A stretch of DNA of 44,980 nucleotides from Candidatus Woesearchaeota archaeon. Its GTDB lineage: Archaea; Nanobdellota; Nanobdellia; Woesearchaeales; SKIA01. Shown piece by piece: positions 44,601-44,980 of the stretch. The stretch lies in the NCBI GenBank assembly GCA_007117065.1, contig SKHI01000010.1:1-44980 (forward strand), given 5' to 3'. How positions within the stretch are numbered: the first letter of the stretch is position 1; every line of letters starts with the position of its first letter. A program made the translations under genes and the position numbers. A model generated the notes under the pieces. The model saw nothing but the letters and a program-made list of their open reading frames with translations. It made no database searches and was not told the origin of the DNA.

Positions 44601-44980
44601 ATGACCTTTATCTCTATATCTTTCTTTTTTAATTCTTCTGTCATCCCAGGTACATGACCGGCACCAACGATTACGAATATTGATTTATCTGGAAAGTGAT
44701 TGTAGAGCTGTACTATTTGTTTTACCATATAGATATTTCGTTCATGAATTAAAACTGAATATAGTTTGGGTAGATGTTGCTGAACTAAAAAAAGTATGTT
44801 TTCTAATTGTTCTTGAGAAGGTATTTCTGCAGGATTGAACCTGAGATGTTTAGCGTTCTTTGCAAATCGAAAAAGTGCAGGAACGAGTGAAAAGCGAAGT
44901 ACAGCATTCATTTTTTTTAATGTTGTGTGTATTGGTTGATCGATGAGAGCAAGCATTTTTTTCTGCTCAGCAGCCATTTG
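44597..44980 (-). CDS. TraB/PrgY-family protein, C-terminal part (the N-terminus lies beyond the window)
   Basis: LIHERNIYMVKQI and VIVGAGHVPGM match TraB-family motifs (ERD..M; GAGH). The frame stays open to the window edge. Confidence 0.55.
   Translation of the reverse strand, partial: QMAAEQKKMLALIDQPIHTTLKKMNAVLRFSLVPALFRFAKNAKHLRFNPAEIPSQEQLENILFLVQQHLPKLYSVLIHERNIYMVKQIVQLYNHFPDKSIFVIVGAGHVPGMTEELKKKDIEIKVI

Noticed and set aside
1-44980. CRISPR arrays, rRNA/tRNA genes and long nucleotide-level direct repeats.
   Set aside because: Scanning the intergenic gaps, all of which are <=260 nt, showed no regularly spaced repeats or structured-RNA signatures. Repeats exist only at the protein-module level.

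Overview
AT-rich, gene-dense archaeal sequence. TBP, MCM, an Rpp30-like protein and TATA boxes 20-30 nt upstream of first-gene ATGs support this. By inference it comes from a small-genome, DPANN-like lineage. Housekeeping genes occupy about 16.7-33.2 kb and 37.5-45 kb: a TtuA-type tRNA thiolase, a ThiS-like GG carrier, sufB and sufD-sufS-sufC, tbp, mcm, MFS transporters and membrane metalloproteases. I found no rRNA, tRNA, CRISPR array or clear mobile element. Two accessory loci stand out. (1) Positions 1-16705 form one minus-strand, translationally coupled operon of at least 19 genes that runs off the left edge. It has nine ATGA stop/start overlaps. Twelve to fourteen products carry archaeal class III (prepilin-type) signal-peptide-like N-termini. 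Four products are large Cys-rich Sec-secreted proteins of 647, 394, 977 and 1198 aa. Several are 70-100 aa mini-pilins ending in a six-cysteine C..C..C..C..CC knot. No pilus ATPase, platform protein or prepilin peptidase lies in the window. (2) Positions 33242-37301 repeat this architecture in miniature: a Cys-knot mini-pilin, a ~1070 aa secreted protein and a membrane-anchored Cys-motif protein. I read both as a candidate uncharacterised surface filament or attachment system. A separate item is an orphan 433 aa protein that splits the suf cluster and carries a divergent RelA/SpoT-synthetase-like motif set. I also hand-translated small ORFs missing from the ORF track: a DUF2256-like zinc ribbon, two micro-membrane proteins and the left-edge partial gene. 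All homology statements come from motif recognition by eye, not from database searches.
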